A DNA stretch of 64,000 bases from assembly GCA_963833905.1 (NCBI GenBank), contig CAWHZQ010000009.1:90292-154291 (forward strand). The letters run 5' to 3'. Shown in pieces: positions 1 through 10,263 of this stretch. Each line of letters opens with the position of its first letter. Within the stretch, counting starts at the first letter, position 1. The stretch comes from an uncultured Gemmatimonadales bacterium. GTDB taxonomy: Bacteria > Gemmatimonadota > Gemmatimonadetes > Gemmatimonadales > GWC2-71-9. A program made the position numbers and the translations under genes. The notes under the pieces are model-generated. The model did not search any database. It had not been told where the DNA came from and worked only from the letters and a program-made list of their open reading frames with translations.

Positions 1-2112
1 GCGAGGACGAGGTGCTGGGCCCGGTGGCCCACTTCTCCCGGACCTTCATCTGGGTCGTCCTGCTGTCGGGCATCGGGGTGCTGGTGCTGAGCGGCACCCA
101 GATCCGGCGGAGCCTCGTGCCGCTGGTGGAGCTGCGCGAGGGTACCAGCCGGATCGCGCAGCGCGACTTCGGCAGCCGGGTCAGGGTGACGAGCCGCGAC
201 GAGTTCGAGGAGCTCGCCAACGCGTTCAACGGGATGGCCGTGCAGCTGGGCGCCAGTTCCAGGCGCTGTCGACCGCCGCGGAGCTGGACCGGGCCGTGCT
301 CTCGGCCACCGACGTCGCCTCGATCGTGGACACGCTGCTCGCGCGGACGCGGGACGTCTTTCCCTGCCATCTGGTGGGCGTCACGCTGGTGGCCCCCGAC
401 GGCGGCAAATCGCTGAGCGGCGTGGTGTACGACTACTGCGACGACGAGCGGCACTCGGCCCGCGTCGATCTCCGCTCGGAGGACGTGCAGGACCTGCTCG
501 ATGGCCCGGATCTGGTCGCGGTGCGAGGTTCCGAACGGCCCGCACCCGGCCTACCTGGGGCCGATTCTTCGGCTCGGGGCGCGGTCGGTCCTCGTGCTCC
601 CGCTTCGCTTCCAGCGGCAGCTGGTCGGCATCCTGGCCATCGGGGATCGCGGCGCCGAAGGCGCCGGAGCGGACGAGCGGCTGCAGCTCCGCCGGCTGGC
701 CGACCAGGTGGCGGTGGCGCTCGCCAACGCGCGGATGCTGGAGCAGGTGAAGTCGCTCGCCTACTACGACAGCCTGACCGGCCTGCCCAACCGGCTCTCG
801 TACAAGGAGCGCCTGGCGCGGGCGCTCGAGCACGCGCGGACGTCCGGCAAGCTGGTGGCGGCGTTCTTCATCGATCTCGATCACTTCAGCCGCATCAACG
901 ACACCCTGGGTCATGAGGCGGGCGACCAACTGCTCCAGCAGGTCGCGCTCCGGCTCCGCGCGTCCTGCCGCGACCGTGAGGACGAAGTGGGGCCGGCGCA
1001 GGACGCGCTGGCGCCGGATGTGGCCCGGCTCGGCGGCGACGAATTCACGGTCATCATCCCGGGGCTCACGCACCCGGAGGATGCGGCCAAGCTCGCGCGC
1101 CGCATCCTGAGCAGCCTGGCGCATCCGATTCGCGTCGCGGGCCAGGAGATCTTCGTCAACGCCAGCATCGGCATCGCGATCTATCCTGACGACGGTGAGG
1201 ATCTCGAGACCCTGCTGATGCACGCCGACACCGCGATGTACAAGGCGAAGGAGCAGGGCGGCAGCAGCTACCAGGCCTACTCCCGAGCGATGAATGCGAG
1301 CGCGCTCCAGCGGCTCACGCTCGAGAACGCGCTCCGCCGGGCGCTGGAGCGGCGAGGAGTTCGAGCTCCATTACCAGCCGATCATCGACGGCCGGACCGG
1401 CGCGCCCACCGGGGCGGAGGCACTCGTGCGCTGGCGCCATCCGGAGCTGGGACTGCTGCTCCCGTCGGAGTTCATTCCGCTGGCCGAGGAGAATGGCCTC
1501 ATCATACCGCTCGGCGAATGGGTGCTGCAGCAGGCCTGCGCCCAGAATCGCGCCTGGCAGGACGCGGGCCTCACGCCGATCCGGGTCGTGGTGAACCTGT
1601 CGAGCCGCCAATTGCGCCGGAGCCTGCCCGAGACCGTCGGCCGGATCCTTCAGGCCACCGGCCTCGAAGCGCGCTTCCTTGGCCTGGAGCTGACCGAGAG
1701 CCTGCTGGTGAAGCATCAGAAGGAAGACACCGATACCCTGCACGCCCTGCGTGCGATGGGGCTCCACCTGGCGGTGGACGACTTCGGGACCGGATACTCG
1801 TCGTTCAGCTACCTCAAGCACCTTCCGCTCGACACGCTCAAGATCGACCGCTCCTTCGTGCGGGAAATCACGACCTCGCCCGACGATGCCGCCATCACGA
1901 CGGCGATCATCGCCATGGCGCACGCGCTGGGGCTCAAGGTGGTGGGCGAAGGGGTCGAGACGACGGGTCAGCGCGACGTGCTGCAAGGCCAGGGATGCGA
2001 CGCGCTGCAGGGCTATCTGTTCAGCCGGCCGGTGCTGCCCGAGGTGCTGGCGCCGATGCTGTCCAAGAAGCCGCAGATCGTCAAGCCGGGCCGGCGGCTA
2101 CGGACGGCGTAG
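1..2112 (+). CDS. HAMP-GAF-GGDEF-EAL cyclic-di-GMP signalling protein, 5' partial, at least 3 apparent frameshifts
   Basis: Open at window start. Pieces lie in three + frames: 12-416 (TM helix plus HAMP-like LVELREGTSRIAQRDF), 296-~520 (GAF-like), 501-~1350 (GGDEF domain, RLGGDEF) and 1294-2112 (EAL domain, ELHYQP, DDFGTGYSS, KIDRSF). Confidence 0.85.
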
Positions 2113-2151
2113 GGAGGCGGTCGGTCATCCCGAGTGGATGGCGGTGTGACC

Positions 2152-2727
2152 CTAACTGTCTAGAAGCTTTTCCAGCTCTCCCATCTGTCGCCAGCCCAGC
2201 GTCGACCACGGTAACCCCACCGGCAACACCAGAGCAAAGTGCGTATCGACCACGTCCGCAGCGCTCCTGCCACTCTCCGGCTTGATCAGCACCAGCCGCT
2301 CCGCATCCAGCGCCCCCGCCACGAACGCCGCCGCGCTGTCGCTCGTGGCGCCCCAGTCGTGCGGCAGGACGTCCGCCGCCCGGAGCCAGCGCGACGGCGC
2401 CAGCACGGCCACCCCGGTCCCGCCGAGCGCGGCGCCGATCGTCCCGGGCTCCTCCACCAGCACGGCCCCCGGGATCCGCTCGACCAGCACGTAGGCGTAC
2501 TGATCCATCGCCAGGATGGCCATCCAATGGGCCGCGTCCGCCGAGAGCCCCTCGCGCTGGTCGAACGCCCGTACGGCGTCGGCGAACGGCCCGCCTCCCG
2601 GCACGACCAGCAGGCGGTGCCGCCGCCCCGCCTCGGCCAGCGCACGCCCCACGACCTCCAGCGCTCCCGGTGTGGCGCTGAGCCCGCCTCCCACCTTCAC
2701 CACGATAAGCCGGCCCGATGCGCTCAT
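2152..2727 (-). CDS. Amino-acid-kinase-fold protein of the type found in methanopterin-linked C1 gene islands
   Basis: Internal Met of ORF 2152-3120 gives MSASGRLIVVKVGGG, the N-terminal signature of the Asp/Glu/uridylate kinase fold. Its start forms an ATGA overlap with the stop of the upstream gene at 2724. Context is the H4MPT island. Confidence 0.7.
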   Translation of the reverse strand: MSASGRLIVVKVGGGLSATPGALEVVGRALAEAGRRHRLLVVPGGGPFADAVRAFDQREGLSADAAHWMAILAMDQYAYVLVERIPGAVLVEEPGTIGAALGGTGVAVLAPSRWLRAADVLPHDWGATSDSAAAFVAGALDAERLVLIKPESGRSAADVVDTHFALVLPVGLPWSTLGWRQMGELEKLLDS

Positions 2728-3790
2728 CCGCTCGCCATCGCCGGCTCGTCGGCCAGCAGCCACGCCACCGCCGCGGCAGGGGCGGTGCGGGCTGCCGTGC
2801 CGAGGCGATCGGCCAGGGCGACGACCTCGAGCCCCGCCCGGCGGGCGGCTTCGGCCGCGATGAAATCGCCCAGGCCGGTCACCACCGCGGTCGCCGCCGC
2901 AGGGAAGCGCGCGCGGACCCGGCGGATGCCGTCGGCCACGAGCTCGAGCTGGGCCTCGGTGAGCGCCCTGGCGATGCCGTCGATGGCCGCCTCGTCGAGC
3001 ATCTCGCGGTCGCCGCAGACGACGCGCGCCAGCCGCTCGCCGGCAAGCTCGCGCGTCACGGGGCGGCCGTCGGCCGTCGGCGCCGTGTAGTCCGACGGGT
3101 GCGAGCTGTCCGAGCCACACGTGCGCGTCGCCGATAGTGGCGAAACCCTCGGCCGCTACGCCCGCGCGTCCGCCCCACAGCGGGACCTCGCGGAGCAGCG
3201 CCTCCGCCGGCGTCCGGACTGCGCCGGTGTAGACGAGCTCGCCGGCTCAGGAGGCGCGCGGGATCGGTGCGGCCCCGAGCGGCAATCCGGCCGCCTTCGA
3301 GCGGAATGATGTCGGTGGAGGTCGTGCCGATGTCGACCAGGATGCCGTCGGGGACGAACCGGGCGACGAGCGTGGCCGTCGCCGCCCAGTTCGACGCTCC
3401 GACCGCCAGCGGATCGGCGGCGGCCGCGGCCGGCGTCACGAACCGGCCGTCCACCGTGTACACGTGCAGCGGATCGGCGGGGAAGGCGCGGGCCAGCGCG
3501 CCGAGCACGAACGCCACGCCCTGGCGCTTGGTGCGGAACGCCTGCGAGAGCTCGGCCGTCATGGTGACCGCGTGCGGCCACCCCTCGGCATGCTCCAGCT
3601 CCGTCGCGAGCGACCGAAGCACCGAGGGGAGCGCCTCGGGATCCCGCTGGATCTCGAAGGGCATCGACGCGCTTCGCAGCGACGGCGCCCCGGGCCCGGC
3701 GACGCTGATCGGCGGGTCGATCCTGACCGCCTTCGTGTTCACGCCGCCGATGTCCCAGCCGAGGATCGACGTGCGGGCATGTCTGGTCAT
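2724..3790 (-). CDS. Hydantoinase-A/ASKHA-like H4MPT-linked C1 transfer pathway protein, 2 or more apparent frameshifts
   Basis: ORF 3056-3790 begins MTRHARTSILGWDIGGVNTKAV and contains VDIGTTSTDIIPL. The C-terminal piece is ORF 2724-3059 and the middle part reads in a third frame. Confidence 0.65.
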
Positions 3791-3819
3791 CGGGCTTCCG
3801 CCGCGGGTAACTTGGAGCC

Positions 3820-4618
3820 ATGGACATCATACCGGTGCTCGATCTCGCACGCGGCGTCGCCGTCCGGGCGCAGGCGGGAGATCGGGCGCGCTACGAGCCC
3901 GTCGAGTCCGCCCTGATGCCGAGCACGGTCGGCGATGCCGTGGCGCTTGCTCCGCGCGTTCCGGGCGCGCCTCGGCGCCACCGCCTGCTACATCGCGGAC
4001 CTGGACGCGATCCAGGGCGGAGCCGTCCAGCGCACGATGCTCCGCGAGCTGGCCCAGCTCGAGACCGGGTTCGCCGGCTCCATCATGGTGGACGCCGGCG
4101 CGCACACGCGCGGAAAGCACGCTCGAGGTCATGGCCTGCGGCGCGAGCCAGGTCGTCATCGGCCTCGAGACGCTGCGCGCGTTCACCCATCTCGCCGAGA
4201 TCGTCCGGCTCATGGGCGAGGAGCAGGTGATCTTCAGTGTCGACCTCCGCCTGGGCAGGCCCATCCTCCATCCGGCGATGCAGGACGCCATGGGCGCGCA
4301 GCCCGACGCGCTGAGCCTCGCGGCGCAGGCCGTGGAGGCTGGGGTGGCGACCTGCTGCTGCTGGATCTGGCGCGGGTCGGGACAGGCTGCGGCGCGGATC
4401 TCGGATTGATCGAGGAGCTGCGGAAGAGGTTTCCCGAGCTCCGCCTCCTGGCCGGGGGCGGCGTACTGACCCGCCGAGACCTGGACCGGATGCGGGATGC
4501 GGGATGCGACGGAGCTCTGGTGGCGAGCGCCATTCACGCCGGCACGATCACCGCGACGGACCTGGCCGAGCTCGCCGCGGAGCCGGTCGGCGCTCAGTCG
4601 CCGAGTGTCTCCCGGTAG
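3820..4618 (+). CDS. HisA/HisF-fold (beta/alpha)8 protein, methanopterin-island type, about 3 apparent frameshifts
   Basis: MDIIPVLDLARGVAV (3820 frame), YIADLDAIQGG (3935 frame), GASQVVIGLETL (3267 frame), then LLLLDLARVGTGCG and ALVASAIHAG (3935 frame again). Confidence 0.6.
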
Positions 4619-5094
4619 GTCGCCGACTGGCCGTAGTTCTCCTCGACCTCGAGCTCCAGCAGCGTCAGGTGCGTGTAGCCGCTCCGGTTCAGCTCGTCCC
4701 GGACCCTGGTGCCGATGTACTGCGCCAGCATTTCGGCGGTGCTGTTCTGGATGTCCAGCAGGGCGCAGTCGCGCCGCGGGAAGACGTAGGTGGGCTGGCC
4801 GAAGTAGTCGACGCGAAGCCGATCGCCGTCCTCGTGGAAGGCGAGCTTGGGATTCCGGACCGGCAGCAGGACCTTGTGGTCGATCTCGTCCACGAGCCGG
4901 CGCGCGATCTGCTTGAGGATGCTGAAGTCCAGGACGAAGAAGGCCTCTTCGTCGACCGAGCCTTCCACGGCCACGCCGACACGGTAGTTATGTCCGTGGA
5001 GCGTTTCGCACTGGTGGCCGCGGAACGTGATGAAGTGCGCCGAGGCGAACACCAGGTAGTCCTTGCTGACCTGCACGCGAAAACGACTCTGCAC
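4594..5094 (-). CDS. 6-pyruvoyl-tetrahydropterin synthase (PTPS/QueD) family protein
   Basis: Intact 166-aa ORF with FASAHFITFRGHQCETLHGHNYRV, typical of the PTPS family. It is the last gene of the minus-strand C1 operon. Confidence 0.8.
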   Translation of the reverse strand: MQSRFRVQVSKDYLVFASAHFITFRGHQCETLHGHNYRVGVAVEGSVDEEAFFVLDFSILKQIARRLVDEIDHKVLLPVRNPKLAFHEDGDRLRVDYFGQPTYVFPRRDCALLDIQNSTAEMLAQYIGTRVRDELNRSGYTHLTLLELEVEENYGQSATYRETLGD

Positions 5095-5104
5095 GACGGT
5101 CTCC

Positions 5105-5936
5105 TCAGGGGTTTCGGCTCTGCTCTAGTATAACAACGAACAACGCGGCACACGTCAGGTCCGCCGTCGTCCCTGGATTGTGGCTGTTGGTCGGGCCGCG
5201 AAGCTCGGCGTCGAAGGCCGCGAGCGCGCGCCGGCCGTCCTCGGAGCGCGCACCGCCCGCCTGCTCCACCTCCCGCGCCCGGAGGGAAACCGCCTCGGCC
5301 ACCGCCGGTCCGAGCTTCCGGGCGATGTGGGTGTCGGGCACCGTCGCCAGCAGCCGGAGGTAGGTCTCGACCGCCGCATCGCTCCAGTCGAGTCCCGAGC
5401 TCCGTGCCGCCCTGAGCGCCGGCGCGCCGATCCCGAAGGTGATGTCGAACCCGTGGCGTATTCCCGTGGCCACGCTGTCGCGCTCGGCGGCGAGCGCCAT
5501 CGCATCGCGCAGCGTCACGCTCGGTGCGGCGGCCACGTCCTCCGCCGCGGCGGCACCGAGCCCGCCGGGCCGTGCGCGGCGGATTGCCGTGTAGACCTCC
5601 GCTGCATCGGCGACGGTCGTCGCGGCCAGCACCTCGCGCACGCCGTCCCTGAGCGGGCCGCCACTCCGGAGCGCCGCCCGCGCGAGCGGCGCCAGCAGCA
5701 GGATGATCCCGAGGTTGGTGTTGGATCGCGACCAGCGGGCCGGTGGCGTCCACGGCCGCGAGGATGGTGGCGCCGAGCGTGCGGTCGCCGGCGGCCGCCA
5801 GCGCGGGACCGATGGCCACGGCGCTGGCCAGGAAGTCCTCGTACCGTGTGTCGTGGAAATGGCGCCCGGGGGAGACGTTGCCCGGCTTCGGCGCGCTGAC
5901 CTCGAGCAGGCAGGCGAGCTGGCCCGCGGCGGCCAC
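5105..5936 (-). CDS. Triphosphoribosyl-dephospho-CoA synthase (CitG/MdcB)-like protein, 1 apparent frameshift
   Basis: N-terminal piece MAAAGQLACLLEVSAPKPGNVSPGRHFHDTRYEDF (ORF 4689-5936). C-terminal piece NTNLGIILLLAPLA ... NPGTTADLTCAALF (ORF 5105-5989). The frame switches near 5700. Confidence 0.7.
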
Positions 5937-5951
5937 CTCCTCCGGGCGTCT

Positions 5952-6821
5952 TCACCGCGGCCGGTGGACCAGGTGGTCGACGATCGCACCGGCCACGTCG
6001 ACGCCGGTGGCCTCCTGCAGCCCCTGCCACCCGGGGATGCCGTTCACCTCGAGGACGTAGACGGTGCCATCGCGCGCCGGCAGCAGATCGACCCCGGCGT
6101 ACTCGGCGCCGACCGCGGCGGCGGCCCGCACGGCCAGCCCGGCCCAGGCCTCGGACAGCTCGATCGGGCGCGCCGTGCCGCCCCGGGAGAGGTTGGTGCG
6201 CCAGCCGTCGGAGCGGCGCTCGATCGCCGCCAGCACCCGCCCGCCGACCACGAAGGCCCGGATGTCCCGGCCCTCGTGCTCGATGGCCCGCTGCAGGTAG
6301 TACACGCCGCGGATCTGCTCGATGGTCTTGAACACCCGGAACGCCATCTCCTCGTCGCTCACGCGGACCATGCCGAGGCCCATCGAGCCGAACAGCGGCT
6401 TCACGATGACGTCGCCCAGCTCGCGGAACGCGGCGACGGCCTCCTCGGGCGTCTCGCAGACGATCGTGTCGGGCGTCGGCAGGCCGCACTGCTCGAGCAG
6501 CGCCGAAGTCCAGAACTTGTCGACCGTGCGCTCGATGGCGCGCGGGGAGTTCATCACGCGGACGCCCCGATCCTCGAGGCGGTGCAGCGCGTCCACGCGA
6601 TAGATGATCTGCTCGAGCGAGCCCGACGGAATGATGCGGGCGAGCACCGCGTCCGCGCGGTCGAGATCGGCCGCGCGGCTCCGGAGCCCGGACCGCCGGC
6701 CGATCGAGGCCACCAGCCCTTCGTAGGGAACGATGGCCCCGGTGTGCCCGCGCGCCTCGAGCGCGCGGGTCAGTTCCCGGGTGTGCCAGCCCTCGCGGGC
6801 GGCGAGGACGACGAGGTGCAG
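5952..6821 (-). CDS. RimK-type ATP-grasp ligase, MptN-like (H4MPT:glutamate ligase family)
   Basis: ORF 5952-6881 with GDVIVKPLFGSMGLGMVRV and EYAGVDLLP..VLEVNGIPGW. The start is uncertain. The homologous region begins at LHLVVLAAREGW (CTG 6821), directly after the upstream stop. The ATG at 6881 would overlap the upstream gene by 59 nt. Confidence 0.7.
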   Translation of the reverse strand: MHLVVLAAREGWHTRELTRALEARGHTGAIVPYEGLVASIGRRSGLRSRAADLDRADAVLARIIPSGSLEQIIYRVDALHRLEDRGVRVMNSPRAIERTVDKFWTSALLEQCGLPTPDTIVCETPEEAVAAFRELGDVIVKPLFGSMGLGMVRVSDEEMAFRVFKTIEQIRGVYYLQRAIEHEGRDIRAFVVGGRVLAAIERRSDGWRTNLSRGGTARPIELSEAWAGLAVRAAAAVGAEYAGVDLLPARDGTVYVLEVNGIPGWQGLQEATGVDVAGAIVDHLVHRPR

Positions 6822-6822
6822 G

Positions 6823-7599
6823 CTACTTCTGCTCGCCGATGAGGGCCGTGAGGCCGCCGGTGGCGAACTTGGGAAGATCATCGCCCACCTTCTTGAACGC
6901 GGGCGTCGCGATGCCCTTCTTGAGGTCGTCCATCGAGTTGAAGCAGAGCTCGGCCTGGCGGTACTTGGCCGGCGCCGACCCGTCGAGGTTCGAGTCGAAC
7001 TTGGTCAGGTCCGCCCGGGTGAAGCCGATCTCGGACTGGCCCGCGCCGACGAGCGGCACGTGCGTGGCCGAGTAGTACGACTCGAAGGCGGCGCCGTCCT
7101 TGGGCGTGTTGTAGATGACGGTCACGAGGGCCGGGCAGGCCGCCTCGCTCTTGTCGCCGGTCTCCACGGCCACCATGCCGAGCAACCCACCGGTCGCGAA
7201 CTTGGCCAGGTCGTCGCCGATCGCCTTGAAGCCCGGCGTGGCCATGCCCTTCTTCGCGTCATCCAGCGAGTTGAAGTACAGCTCGGCCTGACGGTAGAAC
7301 GTGGGCTTCTTGCCGTCCAGGGTGGTGACGAACTTGGTCAGCTCCGCCTTGGTGAACCCGACCTCCTGCTGCTTGGCCTGCACCAGCGGAACGTGGGTCT
7401 CGCTGTAGTACTTCTCGAACGCCTTCGGGTCCTTCGGCGGGTTGTAGATCACGGTCACGATCGCCTGCGGGCCGGCCGGTGCGGGGGCCGCGGCCATCGC
7501 CGTGTCGGCGGGCGGCGCCTCGGCGGCCTTGTCCGCCGGCTTGCTGCACGCCGCTGCGGCGAGGAGAGTAGGGACCAGCCAGCTCGGGAACCGTCGCAT
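6823..7599 (-). CDS. Lipoprotein with two tandem EthD-like domains
   Basis: Intact 258-aa ORF. Signal peptide with lipobox (LLAAAAC-SKP), then two roughly 100-aa repeats (IVTVIYNPPKDPKAFEKYYSETHVPLV... and LVTVIYNTPKDGAAFESYYSATHVPLV...) that resemble the EthD dimeric alpha/beta-barrel family. Confidence 0.7.
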   Translation of the reverse strand: MRRFPSWLVPTLLAAAACSKPADKAAEAPPADTAMAAAPAPAGPQAIVTVIYNPPKDPKAFEKYYSETHVPLVQAKQQEVGFTKAELTKFVTTLDGKKPTFYRQAELYFNSLDDAKKGMATPGFKAIGDDLAKFATGGLLGMVAVETGDKSEAACPALVTVIYNTPKDGAAFESYYSATHVPLVGAGQSEIGFTRADLTKFDSNLDGSAPAKYRQAELCFNSMDDLKKGIATPAFKKVGDDLPKFATGGLTALIGEQK

Positions 7600-7629
7600 G
7601 CTCGCTCCTGGATCGGGGTGGAGGGACCG

Positions 7630-8592
7630 TCAGCTCGGGTAGCAGGACGCGGCCAGCACGTCGGGATTCAGGTGCCCCGCGTGAAACGTGCGTCCGGTCT
7701 CCGTGCTCGTCAGCCAGACCTCGCCTGGGCTGAAGAGCAGCGGATCGATCTTGTAGAAGTCGCCCTCGTAGCGCTGGAAGATTTCGTAGAACGGCTTGCC
7801 GTAGTCGCTCGACGCCGACGCCGGAAGCTTGGCGCCCAGCTCGGCCAGCTCGGCGTCCCCGGCCCGGACGGTGTAGCGCGCCTGTCCGCCGTACAGGATG
7901 CAGTCGTTGGTGCGGCCGATGGCCCGCAGGTCGTTCTTGGCCACCGGTGGAATCGGTGCGGTCCCCATGCCGCTCACGATCCGGCGCACGTCGAAGCCCA
8001 GCGTCTCCATCTTGTGGAGGCCGGTCTCCAGGATGCGGGCGGCGATCTGGACGCCTCCCGCGAGGCTCGCCGTGGGCGCCACGACGAAGGTGAGCTGGGA
8101 CGGTTGCAGCCGGGCCTTCTCGGCCACCCATGCCACCACGGCCTCGTCGGGCAGCTTCCGCCCCTCGAGCACCAGCACGCCGTGCGCGGCCTCCTCCTCG
8201 TACCCGAGCTTCTCGTACAGCTCGCGCTCCACCCGGGCGTGCGCCCGGAGCGGGCCCGAGCCCATCGCGAAGAACTTCTCGACCGAGATGGCCCACCCCG
8301 CGTACTGGGACGCCATGCACGCGACGGCGGGATGGTCGGTCCAGACCGTGACTCCCGGCCACGCCTCGGCGCCGATCTGGACCGGCGTGTAGCTCACGTG
8401 GCCCAGCCCGCCCATGCAGATCTCCGCCAGGGCGAGCCCCGCATCGTAGCCGCCATCCGTCTCGACGCCGGCGTCGATCACCCGCGCGCCGCTGGCCAGC
8501 GTGTGGCTCACGACCCGGAACAACGGCGCGTGTTCGCCCAGCTCGTCCGCGATCTCGGTGGCGAGCTCGTTCATTCGTAGTGGTGCCGTCAT
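7630..8592 (-). CDS. mch: Methenyl-tetrahydromethanopterin cyclohydrolase
   Basis: ORF 7630-8838. From [18 protein letters not shown] it is collinear with Mch (GGLGHVSY, ACMASQYAGW, FFAMGSGPLR, TNDCILYGG). The start at 8592 forms an ATGA overlap with the fhcC stop. Confidence 0.9.
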   Translation of the reverse strand: MTAPLRMNELATEIADELGEHAPLFRVVSHTLASGARVIDAGVETDGGYDAGLALAEICMGGLGHVSYTPVQIGAEAWPGVTVWTDHPAVACMASQYAGWAISVEKFFAMGSGPLRAHARVERELYEKLGYEEEAAHGVLVLEGRKLPDEAVVAWVAEKARLQPSQLTFVVAPTASLAGGVQIAARILETGLHKMETLGFDVRRIVSGMGTAPIPPVAKNDLRAIGRTNDCILYGGQARYTVRAGDAELAELGAKLPASASSDYGKPFYEIFQRYEGDFYKIDPLLFSPGEVWLTSTETGRTFHAGHLNPDVLAASCYPS

Positions 8593-9355
8593 GACTGCGT
8601 CCATACGAGAATCTCTCCCTTGCCGAGATCGGCGAGGTCGCCGCTGTAGCGGCGATAGTAGCCGGACAGGTGATGCTCCCCGACCGGCAGGCCGTACCGC
8701 GACCGGAGCCGGGTGAGCGTGAGACGAAGATGGAGGGCTGGTAGGTGCAGGCGTACCGGTAGGTCGATGGGATCGTGACCCCGCCGAGCGCCACGATCGA
8801 TCCGCGCTTCGACCAGAGCCCGGCGGCCGCGCCGACATCCCCGAAGGCGACGAGCGTGCCCGCGATCATCCCGGCGCCCGCGTGATGGCCCACGCGGCCG
8901 CCAATGGCGAGGAGCCCGCGCCGCATCAGGGCGCCGGCGCTCGTCGCCCGCCGAGCCGTGCACCACGAGCTCGCCGCCCGTCATGCCGCGGCGAGCCTCG
9001 GGAGCCGCGCCGCCGGCCCGCTCGCCCGCGTCGCCGCGGACCTCGATGCTGCCGCCGGCCATGCCGAGCCCGACCTCGTCGCCCACGTTGCCCTCCACCA
9101 CCACGCGCGCCTTCGGTGAGGCCGGCGCCGAGGCGGGTGACCCGGCTGAGATCGCCGGTGAAGCGGATGGTGCCGTCGGGCGTGCCGGTGACACGTCGCA
9201 CACGTCGCCGAGCGGCAGCTCGCCCCGACCGGCCGACGACGACGGGACGCCGGGCCAGCTCGGCCGGCGCGAGCGGCCGTCCACGCTCCCGCGAGCACCG
9301 CCGAGAAATCGGCGGGCTCCGCCGAGGCAGTCAGCCGGGCGACGAGGCCGCTCAT
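8589..9355 (-). CDS. fhcC: Formyltransferase/hydrolase complex subunit C (FwdC/FmdC-like), 4 or more apparent frameshifts
   Basis: Gly-rich beta-helix repeats are split over three frames: [14 protein letters not shown] (8981-9907 frame), [12 protein letters not shown] (8926-9201), [32 protein letters not shown] (8589-9284), [30 protein letters not shown] (7259-8926) and a [11 protein letters not shown] tail. Confidence 0.75.
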
Positions 9356-10256
9356 GCCGCCGGCCCCGCCATGATCTTCCGCAGATGAAAGTGGTGGGGG
9401 CCGAGCTTGCCGCCGTAGTTGCCGGCCGAGATCGACACCACGCCGTCCCGACAGGCGGCGTCGATGCCGACGCGCATGGCGCTCGCGATCGCGTCGGCGT
9501 CGGTGCCGTTGATGACGATCTCGAGCACGGAGTTCACGGTGTCGGGCAGGGCCGATGGTCGTCACCGCGCGGAGCGTGGGGCAGTAGGCGTCGTTGGTCG
9601 AGGCGATCATGCTCTTGATCCGGCGCGATCCCACCTTGCTCCCGCTCCGGACCACGCCCCCGGGGAACGGCAGGATGACGCCCGGGTGGCCCGCGATCGC
9701 ATCCGCCGCCGCTTCGGCCGCCGCCAGCGCCGCGTCGGCGCTCCGGGCGAGGATGAGGAAGTTGCCGCCGCCCACGCCCTTCACCATCCCGAACTTTTCC
9801 TGTACCAGGAACTCGCCCTCCATCACCGGGATCCGCCAGAACCGCTCGCCGCCGATCAGCTTGCTCGCCTGAAAGCCGTCGCCGAAGAACCGCAGCGCCG
9901 AGCCCACGCCGACCCGGTCCGGCGCCGCCGGCAGCCCGTCGTAGCAGGCCGTGGTCGGGACAGGTCAGCACCGTCTGGCCGACCCGCTCGATCAGCCGCT
10001 TGCCCATGTCGTCCTTGCTCATGACCATGAACAGGATGCTGATGCCGGGACGGCCGTCCGGCGTCTCCGCCTCGGGCAGCTCGCGCTCGATCCCCGCTTC
10101 GCACTTGCATCCGATGACCGACGTGGCGAAGCCGGTGAGCTTGAGCGCGGCCTCGCGCGCCCAGCGCATGCTCCGCCCCGTCACGATGAGCCGCGCCACG
10201 CGCATCGTGAACGCCTCGGCGAAGGTCTCCTCGATGAGGACGCCGCGGATGTTCAT
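9352..10256 (-). CDS. fhcD: Formylmethanofuran:H4MPT formyltransferase (Ftr-like), 2 apparent frameshifts
   Basis: [27 protein letters not shown] (9534-10256), [28 protein letters not shown]...GGGNFLILA (8981-9907 frame) and [21 protein letters not shown]...AGNYGGKLG (9352-9537). Confidence 0.85.
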
Positions 10257-10263
10257 CGCGTCC

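Noticed and set aside
381-1223. Long antisense or overlapping ORFs throughout the track, for example 381-1223(-), 6733-8580(+), 17762-19525(-), 22778-24286(-), 24322-25722(-), 47749-50349(+) and 60469-61383(-).
   Set aside because: Their translations are Arg/Ala/Gly/Pro-rich low-complexity strings with no recognisable motifs. Each lies opposite a gene with clear family signatures. These are typical shadow ORFs of a roughly 70% GC genome.
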